64,000 nt of DNA from Podarcis vaucheri (Eukaryota): the NCBI GenBank assembly GCA_965113315.1, contig OZ220367.1; one strand, 5' to 3'. Position numbers and translations under genes: made by a program. Shown here one piece after another: positions 15,701 to 28,400 of this stretch; the first letter of the stretch is position 1; every line of letters starts with the position of its first letter. The notes below the pieces were generated by a model that saw only the letters and a program-made list of their open reading frames with translations, had not been told where the DNA came from and did no database searches.

Positions 15701-16451
15701 GAAGAAACATGACTGAAGAGTATGTATATGCAGCCTCATAACTAATATTCTCGGGAATGAAACACTGGGAATTTGATTTCTCATTCGGAACTCTAGTGGA
15801 ATGGAGCAGTATCTCAACTCCAATTCGGACTGTAAATTTGAGTTTTAAGTAAAAAAAAATAATCTTGCAAATATTCTGGTGAATGACATAAAATGAAGTG
15901 CAAAAATTGCTGAATGCGAATGGAAATGTTGAAGACTCCAGAAATTTCAAATTATGAGAAAGTATAGCTAGAAATCAAGGTTGAGAAAGAAACTGAAAAA
16001 AACAGGTTCTCAATTGGAAAAGCCATTGAAAAATTGCTTCCGGCAAATCATTTTTTTTCCTTCTGATTAGTGGAAGTAAATTTAAGGCTTTTAAGATTNN
16101 NNNNNNNNNNNNNNNNNNNNNNNNNNNNNNNNNNNNNNNNNNNNNNNNNNNNNNNNNNNNNNNNNNNNNNNNNNNNNNNNNNNNNNNNNNNNNNNNNNNN
16201 NNNNNNNNNNNNNNNNNNNNNNNNNNNNNNNNNNNNNNNNNNNNNNCCACGTAAGCAAATGGGCTGGAAGAAAATGTTGAAAGTAAAATATCTGCTGCAA
16301 TTACTTCCCAGTTCTGCTAGATCCTCCATACTGGATCTCAAGGACACAGTAAAAAAGAAAATCCTGCTTCCTGTTATGAGAATATTAAGACTGTATGTGA
16401 ACACAAACACACAGCTAAAGGGGGAAAGATTGATTAAACAATTCCACACTG

Positions 16452-16484
<33 letters not shown>

Positions 16485-19400
16485 CACACACGTATTACAT
16501 CTATGTTAAATCTACTGCGTAAGATTACACAAAACCATTTTTAGCTCACATTATTCTGAATTTGCTACAAAGACAAATGCTTACAAACAAGTACAAAACA
16601 TATGTAAAACACTTAAAATATACAATGAGTTAAAAACCGCCACAGTGGATAAATCTAAAAGCTTGCCAAGTAGGACAGTCTCACACTTAACTTGCTTGTC
16701 ATCAGGATTAAACCTCACTGAACACAGCTGCTGGTTTCACAAAATCAGGAAATAGCGCAGTTATAGGTTTGCTACCAAACCACTGGCATTTTCTATATTA
16801 GGCACAAAAATATCAAAGTTTTGTATTTAGCTATAGCACATAACACTACCCTGATATATTTTTGCAATATCCCAAGGAGGAAGAGTACGCTGCACAGACT
16901 TCCAAAGGTAAAGACAACTCAAAGACTCAAGTCATGTTTCAACAATACTGCTTCGCACCAACATATTAAGAGTGACAAACCAGATTAAGAGCAGAAGTAA
17001 TTTGTGTACAGTATGGTCTAATATCTATTATGGATATATACATATAGCAGTTAAAAATATGAAATCATCAACATCGCCCAAGTAAATTGTTCACAAAGCA
17101 ACATTTCTTACTGAAGAATTCTATCATAAGTAAAATAAAAAGTACAACAATATTCAGCATGTTAAAGCAAAATAATAATTATGGGGCAGAATAATGATTC
17201 AAAGAACAAAACATTTAATTAAAACCATACATCTCTTTTTGAAGAAAAATCAGAATGTTCTTTTAATAATGTGAAACAAGTGACCCTTTGCACAATGATT
17301 TCTGACATGCAAACCAACACTATTTATTCAGAAGTTAAGTTTCACTGGGCTCAATCAGACTTGCTCCCAGAAATGTATGCGGCCTCAATATATGTTAAAA
17401 CTCACTGGACAATGTTGCATTTTCATATACATCTTATCTCAAGGCTATTATTGTAGAGACCCATCACAAGCAGAAACAACAAAATCAGAAAAGGCTGAGA
17501 CCTCATTTTTAAAACCTTTTCAATACAAAACTCATCAGTAGATAAAGAAGTTTGTGGGGGATGACTGCATTTTACTTAATATAGGAATTATCATTTCAAG
17601 ATACATAACCACCCAAGTTTCTATCTATAAACTCTCTTACAAAACTAAGCAGTACTGCAGTTCACATGCTTCCTCAAAAATCAAAATGGGACCATGAAAT
17701 TAGCTAGCAATTATATTAAGTGTAAAACCCTAACTTACTTGGTTTTATCTTAAATTTCATTTTCAGTGCTGTAAAATGTTAAGTATGCTTCAACTTTAAC
17801 AGGAAATTTGACTTCAGAACCAAGCAATTTCACCAAAGTAAGTTTTTAACTGGTCTATACAAATATCCCCAGCTCATAATGCTCAGCCTTCCTTATGAAC
17901 TGAGCAGCATTACACTGAGAAATTATCAGGCTTATGAGCATATTTAGCTCATAAGAAGCTCTGGAACATATATTTTCTGTTTGAACGTTCAGCTGCTTTG
18001 GGAAAACTACACACCACATTCCAGACACGACAGAAAACGGAGGTTTTGTAGAAAGGCACCCTGGTTGTTGCTAACATTACAAGTAAGTTTATACTCTAGG
18101 GATGGTGATTAGAAAGGTGTGCTTGGGCCCTTTTGAGATCCCAGTGACATTGAATCAAGAGTGCAACAGAGTTTCCAAATTGGGGTATGTGAGAGCTATT
18201 ATCTGATGGGGTGAATATTATCAGCAATATTAGCAAATCCCAATTTCAAATTGAGTAATTCATCATCACTAGATACAAAGGGAGACCTCTGCGGGTGATC
18301 AGTTGTACTGCACTGGAAATGATTTAATGATTCAAGCACAGCCAATGCAGAGATGCAACAGTATTATCTGGCCCAGAAGTCTGGTGGGAAGGAGGCAAGA
18401 CCTGAAACGTAGTTTATGCAGAACCGCAATGGTGATTATGGGTTCACAGGAATGCTAAATATATTTATTTTATTACTTGTTGCATATTAACTGTTCTCAA
18501 AGCTCCCAAGCTGAGACAGACCAAAACAAAGATGAATTATTTTGTGTGCTAAAGAATGTTTTTAAAATCAAAAGCAGTTCTAAAATTGTTCTGGACATTT
18601 GAAGGGAGAGGAGAATGAAGCCCTGTTCATTTATTTCCCTCCATATGACTGTACATGGAGCTGGATCCACTGGCCTCATTGATATTCCCCAACACACGGA
18701 GACAGCAGGGGATAAAACAATGGTGGGAGGCTAGAGCAGGGTTTCCCAAACTTGGGTCTCCAGCTGTTTTTGGACTACAATTCCCACTTTTGCTTTTTTA
18801 GGATGCAGCTTGAAGTGCTGCAAAGGCTCAAGAAGTGATTCTTCCACAGAATATGGTAGGACACAAAATGCATGTGTACAGTAAGGGAATTATGGCTCTA
18901 CAATACTAATTCCTGCTATCATACCAGTTTCTGACAAATACAACAGTCCTACATTCTACTTCTTGGACAAATCTTACTTTTAAAAAAACCTTCCTCCAAA
19001 ATCAGATGCTCCTAGCACACACAAAAATTACTTTAGGGGTTAAATAAGGATAGTAGAATGGTACCAAAGTTGTATAAAAGTGGACTTGCCCAGGTCAAAC
19101 AAGGCACTCATCGGGATCATAAAGCTGAGGGACTGCTCCGCTGAATAGACTGAAAGCTACTTTCCTTTGAGGAATGAATTAATCAAACAATCAAACAAAC
19201 AAACACACACCCATGGCTTGGATATAGCCATACATGTGTGGAAGCATGTTTCTGTGCATATATTCTCTGTGCTGTGAAGCTCTATCACCAGAGGTATGTT
19301 TGGTGTAGGAGTGTGGTGAAGGAGGAGAGTCATTAACAGCTCTTGGATTATGTTTAAAACACTCTTGTGGCACTTTAACAGTAACAAATTAAGATGCTAA

Positions 19401-22400
19401 AAGACTTTGTTGCTTGTGCTGCAACAGATTAACATGGTTGCTCCTCTGGAACGTGGACAATACTTTTCAGCCAGCACAAAACCTGTGCACACTGTTGCAC
19501 ATCCATAATGCTGGATTGCAGCAATAAGTGGGAACCGACAATCTCAGTTATTCCACTGTAGCAGCCCCATTTTATCATGTCTAGAATGATAAAATGTTTT
19601 CTTGAATGACTCTGCTTAGAATGATAAATTTTAAAGACAAGAATGCGTGCATACCTGAAAAATTCAAAGTTGAGACAAGCTTTGGGTAGGAAAAATTTGT
19701 CATCTTGCTTGAACCATAGCTTGCACATAGCAGTGTCCTGAGTTTAAGAAAACATACATTTCCTATTATTATTATTATTATTAAATTACAAACTGTATTT
19801 TTATCATTTTAATCTGTTTATATTCTTTAAACATACAGATCCAGGCCATCTGAGTTTGGGTGCAGTCCCACAGGGTTTAACAGAGCCCAAATTTCTCAAC
19901 CCCACCCCAATTAAGCACACAGTGATGCAGACCTATTCCCTACGATGTTCCCTTGTGCTGTCTAAACACATGCTTCTATGCTAACATTTCTGAGATGGAA
20001 GGAGGACCTATAAGCCCTGTGGGACTTTTGCCGGTATGAACACTAAATCCATACGCCGTTTGATTGCACCACTGCCAGGTAAGTCTGAAAAGAAGAGACA
20101 GGTATGGCAGGGTCTGGGCTTACCTGATATTGGGATGACCCATTAGGAGTTCATCTCCTAACTCCGCAATTTGAACTCACTTCCACCACTATGTGAAGGT
20201 TTATATACTTTGTATACGGGGCAAAAAGCCAACTGGATAGGAGCTAGTCACCTCTTAAAATAAAGATCCAATTTTCATTCATTTTTACATTCTATTCTTA
20301 CAATACTGTTCATATTATAAGCAGCCTACTCAATGACCTTAATCTTTCAAAAGCAATTCAGGAAAGAATGGTACATATTCCCGAAATTCCACCCACAACT
20401 ATTAAATACATATGCTTACCTTGATAAGAGTAGGGTACTGTGGTGCATCCTTCTCTAAAGGTACAATTTCAAAGTTAGTAGGGATAAATTCATTCTTCAT
20501 TGGCAGCTTGAATTTCCCATTGAGGTCAGCATTTTGCCATTTCTACATTCAATGTGCAAACAAGAGGATAGTTTTGTTATTATCCAGTGGGTGGGTTAAA
20601 AAAAATTGTGCTGCAATTGTGCTGCTCTATGAAGGATTATTGACCTCTGATGAATCATGCTTCTTCAAAATTAATTATTACTAATGTTTCAAATTATTTA
20701 ATCTGTATGATTCCTTGCAGTTCACATAATACCATTTAAGTTTGCTTTTAACTATGTTCCATAAACACTTAGAACATAGCACTGACTGAGGGCTAGAGTG
20801 CATGCTCTAACCACTGTGTAGAACTACTAAGAAATGCTTTCTGCAATATGTATCACCATGTGAGCAGCTGGTTTTCACTCTTAGCAATATGTGAAAATAT
20901 TACACAAATCCTCCAAACACAGCTGCGTGTGTGATCATAGCTGTATGTTCAGCTAGGTGCTCTGCACATAGTTTCTCTCTCGCTAAAGCTTATTAATCAG
21001 GATTTTTTTTGGGGGGGAGGTGTTTTAAGGGTCCAACATGTATAGTACTGGCTGCACCACAAAGAGATGTTCAAGGATTTGGTTCACATTTTGAAGTGAA
21101 ATCTATTTCCCCCCATAACACCAGTTGAAATTAACTGACACCAATGTGACACACTTATACAAGCAACAGTATCAGTTGCTTTTGTAAACAACACAAAATA
21201 AACTTTATTGTAAGCAGTGGCGGAGCAAGCCGATTGGGCGCCTGGGGCAGCACATGTGCCCTGTGCCCAGGGGCGAGGCCATCCGCCCGTGGGGGCGGGA
21301 CAGCCACCCACAGGGGTGGGGTGACCCAGGGCAGGACGCTCCGCAGGGCCTCCGAGGAGTCTGCCTGCCTTCTCCCACTCAGCCACCCTACAGCTGAGGG
21401 GAAGGTGGCGGACCATTTGGGGCAGTGCAGAGCCTGCGGGCACTCAAGCCACTGCATCACTCCCAGGAGAGACGCCTGCCTTGGGTGTGCTGCAGGCCCC
21501 GCAGTGAGTGCCGCCCAGCATTTTGTCACCCCCTCCAATGGCGACACCCTGGAACCGCCCCCACCGCCCCCCTTCCTCCTCCCTGATTGTAAGAAGTGTG
21601 AAAATACTGGTTACATGTTCAGTTTACCACCAACTTTCTCACCACACCTTAATGACTTCATCAGAAATTGCCTCTTGCTTGTACTGGGTTCCATACCATT
21701 TTTCTGTTCTATCTGTTTTTCCTTCAAAAGACTTAGAAACTATTGCAACCCTAAAAAATAAAACCAAAACATAGTAAGTAAGCAAGCAAGCATATTACCT
21801 CCCCCGCCCCCCCCCAAAATACTATTCAAATAATTCTGCTTGGTCACTAAGTTCAAAGATTCTGTTATTAATACTGTAAATTCTATATGTCCTATTCTAT
21901 TTTTCCATGTAATCCTCCTGTCAGTAAAACAAAAAGCAACATTTATCCATATCAAAATGGCTATGTTAAACGACCCCTTGTCATAAAAGATATATATATG
22001 CAGAGAGAGAGAGAGAGAGAGAGATTATACACTGAACTTGCGTATAAGAGGATGTATTTTACAGGATTTAATATATTAAGCTCAGTTTGTTTTTTGCAGC
22101 TATGCAAAATTTCACTAAAAATTTCACTAAAATAAAAGATTTCTAGCTCTCATGACAAGTATTTAAAAAAAGACGTTAACAGAATATTTGAAAAAATTCC
22201 CAGCAATTAAGAGCATATATAACACACCCAAGGTGCTCCTAAATTCATTTTCTACCATTTCTAAACAGAAATTTGAAGCAAAGGAAAAGACCATGCAAAT
22301 GTCATCCATGGGTAAAACTACAACATACTTTTGTGATCATGCTCTCTGCAACATTTTAACAACTGTTTCCAATTAGCTTTAACAGTTTTCCAGGCTTCAA

Positions 22401-25400
22401 ATAGTCTAGAATTTTAAAGAAATGCTTGGGGGGGGGGGTAAGTAAGGAGAAATAATGCAGAATAGCAAGAGTAATTATCATCTCTCTGGCCAATTATATG
22501 CGAGAGAAAACATTTACTATCAATCCTGTTCTAGCACCTCAGAGCCAACTCGTAGTTAATTAGAAGACTATAGGACAGTTGGATATATGGAACACTTAAT
22601 CAGTCTGAACATTTAGTACAAACATAACCTTAAAAACAAAGGATAGGGCTGAATCAGAGGCAGAAATAACTAGCAATTTTTCATTTTAACCTTGTCCTTG
22701 GCTGCCAAATAATATCTCAAGATGGAAGATTCTGTGCTGTAAATGAAGCACCCCACTCAGCCTTCTTTCACACTATGTATGACTACAAGGCACAATACAA
22801 TAGTATGAGGGAAGCTTTATTTCCCTTTGAAATTAGTTACTATGGTAACAATTCTGTCACTGGCAATGAGAGAACACTGCTTATCTCAGTGTTTCTAGCA
22901 TACACTGGCAGAGAACCATGGCTTCAGCAAAAAAATAAAAGTCAATTATGTACACCAAGTATGAAAGTCTATCGTATTGAAAATAGCAGGAAGAGGTTAC
23001 CTGCCACTAATAAAAACCTCTCTGTTGCCAGTGGACAACTGTGTTTCCACTCCGCTGCAACAATCTTGTTTTACAAATCATATGACAAATACAGAGCAAG
23101 TCAATACATTACTATGAATTAAGCAGCAGTCAGGGGTGTCTGCTGACATGGACCCTGTATGTGGGCCAAGTGCAAACTTGGGGTGAGCATACAATCACAG
23201 GTAAAAACCATGATGAACCACTGTGATTCTCAAGAAGAGCTGCACAAAGAAGAGTGTGTTTTCCTTAAGTAGAAGCATTGGGCTCAGTCCAGTTAATCCT
23301 ACAAGCACAAGTTCCCTCTCAGTCCCTATTCTGCAGCAACTATCATCTTTACAGTTTCCCAAATAATCAATTTGTGTCATCTATGCCCCTCAACCTGCCA
23401 CAACCAGAATCAGATACCTAATTCGAATCTCATTTTCAGATTCTGATTTCAAGGGCAAGCACTGACCAGTTTGCCAATGTGGCAAACTATAGTTACAATA
23501 AATAGAAAACAGAAAGAAAAGCATCACGCTAGAGGGGAAGAGCATGCCTGCTGTTCCTTTCGTTTCTTCACCTATGGGTTGGAGGATTGTTTCAATTGAG
23601 CCCTCGTGTGAAAGCATCCAGAAGAGTCAGTGACATGGGTGTGAAGTTTCAATGAAGTCTATCAACATCGTATGATAATTCCAAAGAACTACACATTAGT
23701 TACGTAAATATGACAAAGGGTTCTATCAGTTCTTAAAATTATTATGCAGTGTTCTTCCCTCCTTCCATGCTATGCTAAATATTTTTCTTTGTATAGATTA
23801 GGAAAACTTAAATATTTCATTCAAGGAGTTTTGCACGTGTAAAGTTCTTTTGGATTTAAATGTACAATCTACAATCCATTAGCAGTTTTAACCTGCAAAA
23901 TATTTCCATCTCAATCTGTACAAAATATTGGATGTGGCAATATAGCTTACCGGACATTTTCGGGTCTTAATTTATCCAATACCATTTCTATTAAATCAGG
24001 CCTAAATTCTTCAAGTAAATATTCTGCAGCAAGAACTTCTTCTATAGGATAGTACTACAATAAAAATGTGATATTTTTAGTTTAAACTGAAGACATTATG
24101 CATAATACTAAAGTGATAAAATATAGTTACTATGATAGTTGGCTATCACTCTAAGTAACACTTGGAGTAGACTCACTGAAATCAATAGATCTTCTCAGAG
24201 TTATGACTAATGTTAGATGTCACCCATAGTACAGAAAGAATCACTGTCATTTAGGTACACAGCTAATAAAAAAAAAGCTACCTGGACTAAATTGTTGATA
24301 TTATAAGGGATAAAAAGAAGCAAATGCTGACCCCTGGAGGATGTTTTCAAAGTGAATGGAAGCAACATAAACATGTCCATGTAGCAGTATCTAAAAAAAC
24401 CCCTACTTTCAGAAATTATAACAGAAGGCTATCTTCTCCCCCTCCCCCTCCCCCCAGCAAAAAGCAAAGAATTCAGTACTTATGAATTCATTCTGGAAAT
24501 AAAAAAGAGTGTAGAAGCAAAGATTTCTCCAAGGTTGTTTTGCAAACTGGAACCTTTGGTGAGTCTGCCTTCGATCTAAGTCACCAAGGCTCTTTAGATG
24601 TGAAGACACTAAAACCTAACAGGTCTACAGATAAATAAGACAATACCATATGTTTAGGACCAGGCCCTAAGAACGCCTGGTACAGGAAAGATCATTTAAC
24701 CAGTAAGCATGCTTGTGCATTGTAAAAGTCATACTGATTAATCAATATACAGATAATCAGTTCAGTTATGCTTGGAAGGAAACAGTGCAAATTATTCAGC
24801 TATATCCGGCACCAGTCAGGGTCCCAGTCCACACTTGGTAACTAGTCTTTCCATGGAGTTATTAAGTGAGGAGACAATTAGCTGTCACTACCACTTTATA
24901 CTGTAATTGTGTGCCATACCAACATCTTTTGGCTTGCAATACTCATCTTGGACATAGTAATTTATCACTATACATGCATAATTTTTTTGTGCTTTACCCC
25001 AACCTAATGACATTGATGCCCAACTTTTGACACATTTCAGAAATGTTGAGAAATATTTCAGCATTAAATTCAGTCCAATTTTGTAACTTACGTGAAGAAC
25101 CCCTGCAACTTTTGATGTATAACCCCGGGGTCTTTCCTTATCTTTAAACCTGAAGGCTACAGCATTTAAATCCTAAAAAAAGAAATAAAATTAAGTTATT
25201 CTGCAATGCCACTCTTCATATTGTAAACGATGGGTAAGAATGGTATTTTTAAACGATAATGGGAAATGAAGCTTGGACATAAATTTTATTTGTTTTCTGA
25301 AGTTAGCAATCAATTGAATAAATGCACTGTGGTTTAATGAATGCAGGCAAACATAAGAGAATAAGTGAAAACCGCTTTAAGTTATTACAAAGCATTTAGG

Positions 25401-28400
25401 GCAAAGTAAACAATGTATGTAATAAACTGCATTCAAAAGCATTAGAAACTAATTGATTGAATTCAAGAACATTAGGAACTTAACTAAGCAGATTTAAAGA
25501 AAATGGAAGTTATAATAATTTTAATCTTCTATAAGATGAATTTATGTTTATAAAGTTATGGATTATTAAATATAGCATCATTTTAGGTAGGTCATGTGTT
25601 TGTTCATAAGTTCATAAATTAATTTTAAAAACAAGAAAATTTAACAGATGCAATCTATTTCTAATTAAGGTATCTAAAATAAGAGAAGATCCGGTGTGAA
25701 TCTCTAAAATTACTTGAAAGAAAACCTCAAATATGTTGCAATTATCATACCTTACATTCTTGGAAAACCCACTCTTGAGGTCCTTCTGTACGTAGTTTTT
25801 GTATATACTGAAACATGTGCAAGATAATATCCTCCACGTGTACTTTCAAGAAAAAGATAAAATATTGCATGCATAAGCAATTTCTCAGGGAATCACAAAG
25901 TGAACATTTTTAGTTTTCTTAGGGCCAAGACTAGACATGACACAAGAGATCTGCAATTAGAATCTCCTATGTGCATGTACAAGGCTTTTAAAAAACGAAT
26001 CAGCAGCCCCATGCATGCACTTTGAAGACGGGGATGTTTGAAACCCTTTTCTCCGATGCCCTTCCCCGATCTATTTGCTCCAGTGGGTGAGCCATTTAGG
26101 GCTGCTATTCTATCCCCACTTAACTGAGAGTAAGCCCCATTGAATTCAGCAGGACTTACTGCTGAGCAGATATGGTTGGGACTGCATTGCTGACCATCAA
26201 TCTTCCAGTTCAGCCCTTATACTTAAAACTAGCAGCTCAATCTGACAGAGGCTAAACTAATACAAAGTTGTACAAACCGAATGTATGCAGTATTCACACA
26301 TCTATTTGACTAATGTAAAAGTATATAGAGTATCAAGCAAACAACATGCACATGATACCTTTAGATATACAAATAATTTCCAGAGAGATAAACTTGCTGA
26401 TCAGTTATGATCTTAACAGAGGCCCAATTTGCACGTAACACAAAACCAAACCATGGCTCATTGTGAGCAACCAAAGATAGAAGATTGTGGCCACTTTGCT
26501 CCTCCTCTGATCCTGCTGCTGCTATGCTGCTGTGACCTTAGCATTATGTCCAAACATAATGGCTGAGCTTTATGTCTGAATCCAGGTTCATGTTTTATTT
26601 TCCCTGCACAAACTACGAGTGGCAAAACCATAGAACAAACCTTGCCCCCAGCTCATGGCTTGTTTTGAGCAAAATAAAGCATAAGCCCAGGATCAGATGT
26701 AATGCTAAGGCAAACCATGTAGTAGGAGTAGCACTAGAGGAAAAGAAAACAACCACTATCTTATCTCTGAGAACCCACATTTGCTTCCTTGTGGCAAGCC
26801 ATAATTTGGCTTAGTTTTATATACAATTAGGAATCCTCCAATTAGCTTCCTGATAATTTCAACAGAATTAGATGGGCTAAGAACTTTCCTCATATTTGGG
26901 CAAACACTAGCAGTATTCAGATGCAGGAAAACAATTTTCAAATCTGTAGAATTAAGAATGAGCACATAGATCATTTGTTCAACCCTCTAAAAAAACCCAC
27001 CTACAATCTTAAAATTACAAATGTTTGGCAGTGAGGTTGTTCTTATCTCTACATTTTTGCATGTGGTGGGGAAGTTAGTTTGAAGCCAATTCATTTGTCC
27101 CTGACCTAGCTATTATAGTATGGATTTCCATCAGATTATTTCTCACTTTGGGAGATGTAAAAAATGTCTACTTAGAGTAGCCCACTTAGATCAATGTGCT
27201 CCAAATCCAAACTCCACAGAATAAAAGAAGGGATCCACTTACAAAGTCCTTCTTCTGTGAGGTCAACATTTATGATGAAAAACATGAAACCTCTAGCACC
27301 TTCTTTTTGTCCTCCAACCAGGGTATTTACCCAGCCTGTGAAATAGAATATATTTAAAACTCACACACAATAGTTTATTTTTTCTTAGTTATGTTGTTCA
27401 TGCACACAAACAAAATTAGAAGGTACAGTGGTACCTCGGGTTAAGAACCTAACTCGTTTCGGAGGTCCGTTCTTAACCTGAAATCATTCTTAACCTAAGG
27501 TACTTTAGCTAATGGGACCTCCTGCTGCCGCCGCGCTGCCACCGTGCGATTTCTGTTCACATCCTGAAGCAAAGTTCTTAACCTGAGGTACTATTTCTGG
27601 GTTAGCGGAGTCTGTAACCAGAAGCATATGTAACCCGAGGTTCCGCTGTATATGTTTTTGGTTAACATCCATGAAATTAAATAAATACTATGAAAGAACC
27701 AAATGACAGAAAGACATTGCATGCAGACAAAATCTAAGTGCATTGGGGGCAATCCTTTGTAAAGATCTTCTGCAATGAGCAGTTTAGAATTCAGTAGATT
27801 CCCAATGCAGCTAGGCTATGTCAGTCCAAGTCCCCATCCCCAGCTCAGTTGGCAATATGCCTGTGCCCCCTTGCCACTCCTGGTGGAGCTGGAGTTGAAG
27901 CTGGTGCAGGCCCCCAAATGGGGCATTTTGAGAGCAAGGGGGACATATGTTACACATTGGTAAACATGTCCTGAGCATCACAAACAGTCATCCTGTTGAT
28001 GGAATACTGGCGAGAGGGGATATACTGCATACAAATGAGATCCCTTATAATCTTTCATATAAGAAGTACTGAGCCGTTGATAGGAAAAACCAAAAAGAGC
28101 ATCAGTAATATAATGCGGGATTGTTTGAAATATTACAACTGCAACTTGGATTTTGTTTACTTCACTCCTACTTTTCAGGGGCTGAGCTGTAGGGAAGCAA
28201 TTGCCCCAAGGTTTCAATGTCAACTCACTGCACACCTTACCTTTAGCTTTGAGTTCTGATAGAAGACTTCCTGGACCTTCATGACCAATAAGATGGCCAA
28301 GATAATGGCCAGGGTTTGATTTATAGTACTTCTGAAGATCTGGTATTGGAAACGTGACGTAAAGATTTCTAATGTCTTTGATAGGTACCACTTGGTAAAG

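Noticed and set aside
15271-16522. ORFs containing long X runs
   Set aside because: Artefacts of translating through the N blocks.
21084-21761. Overlapping 119-175 aa ORFs
   Set aside because: Explained by the GC-rich MITE and antisense read-through of exon 12.
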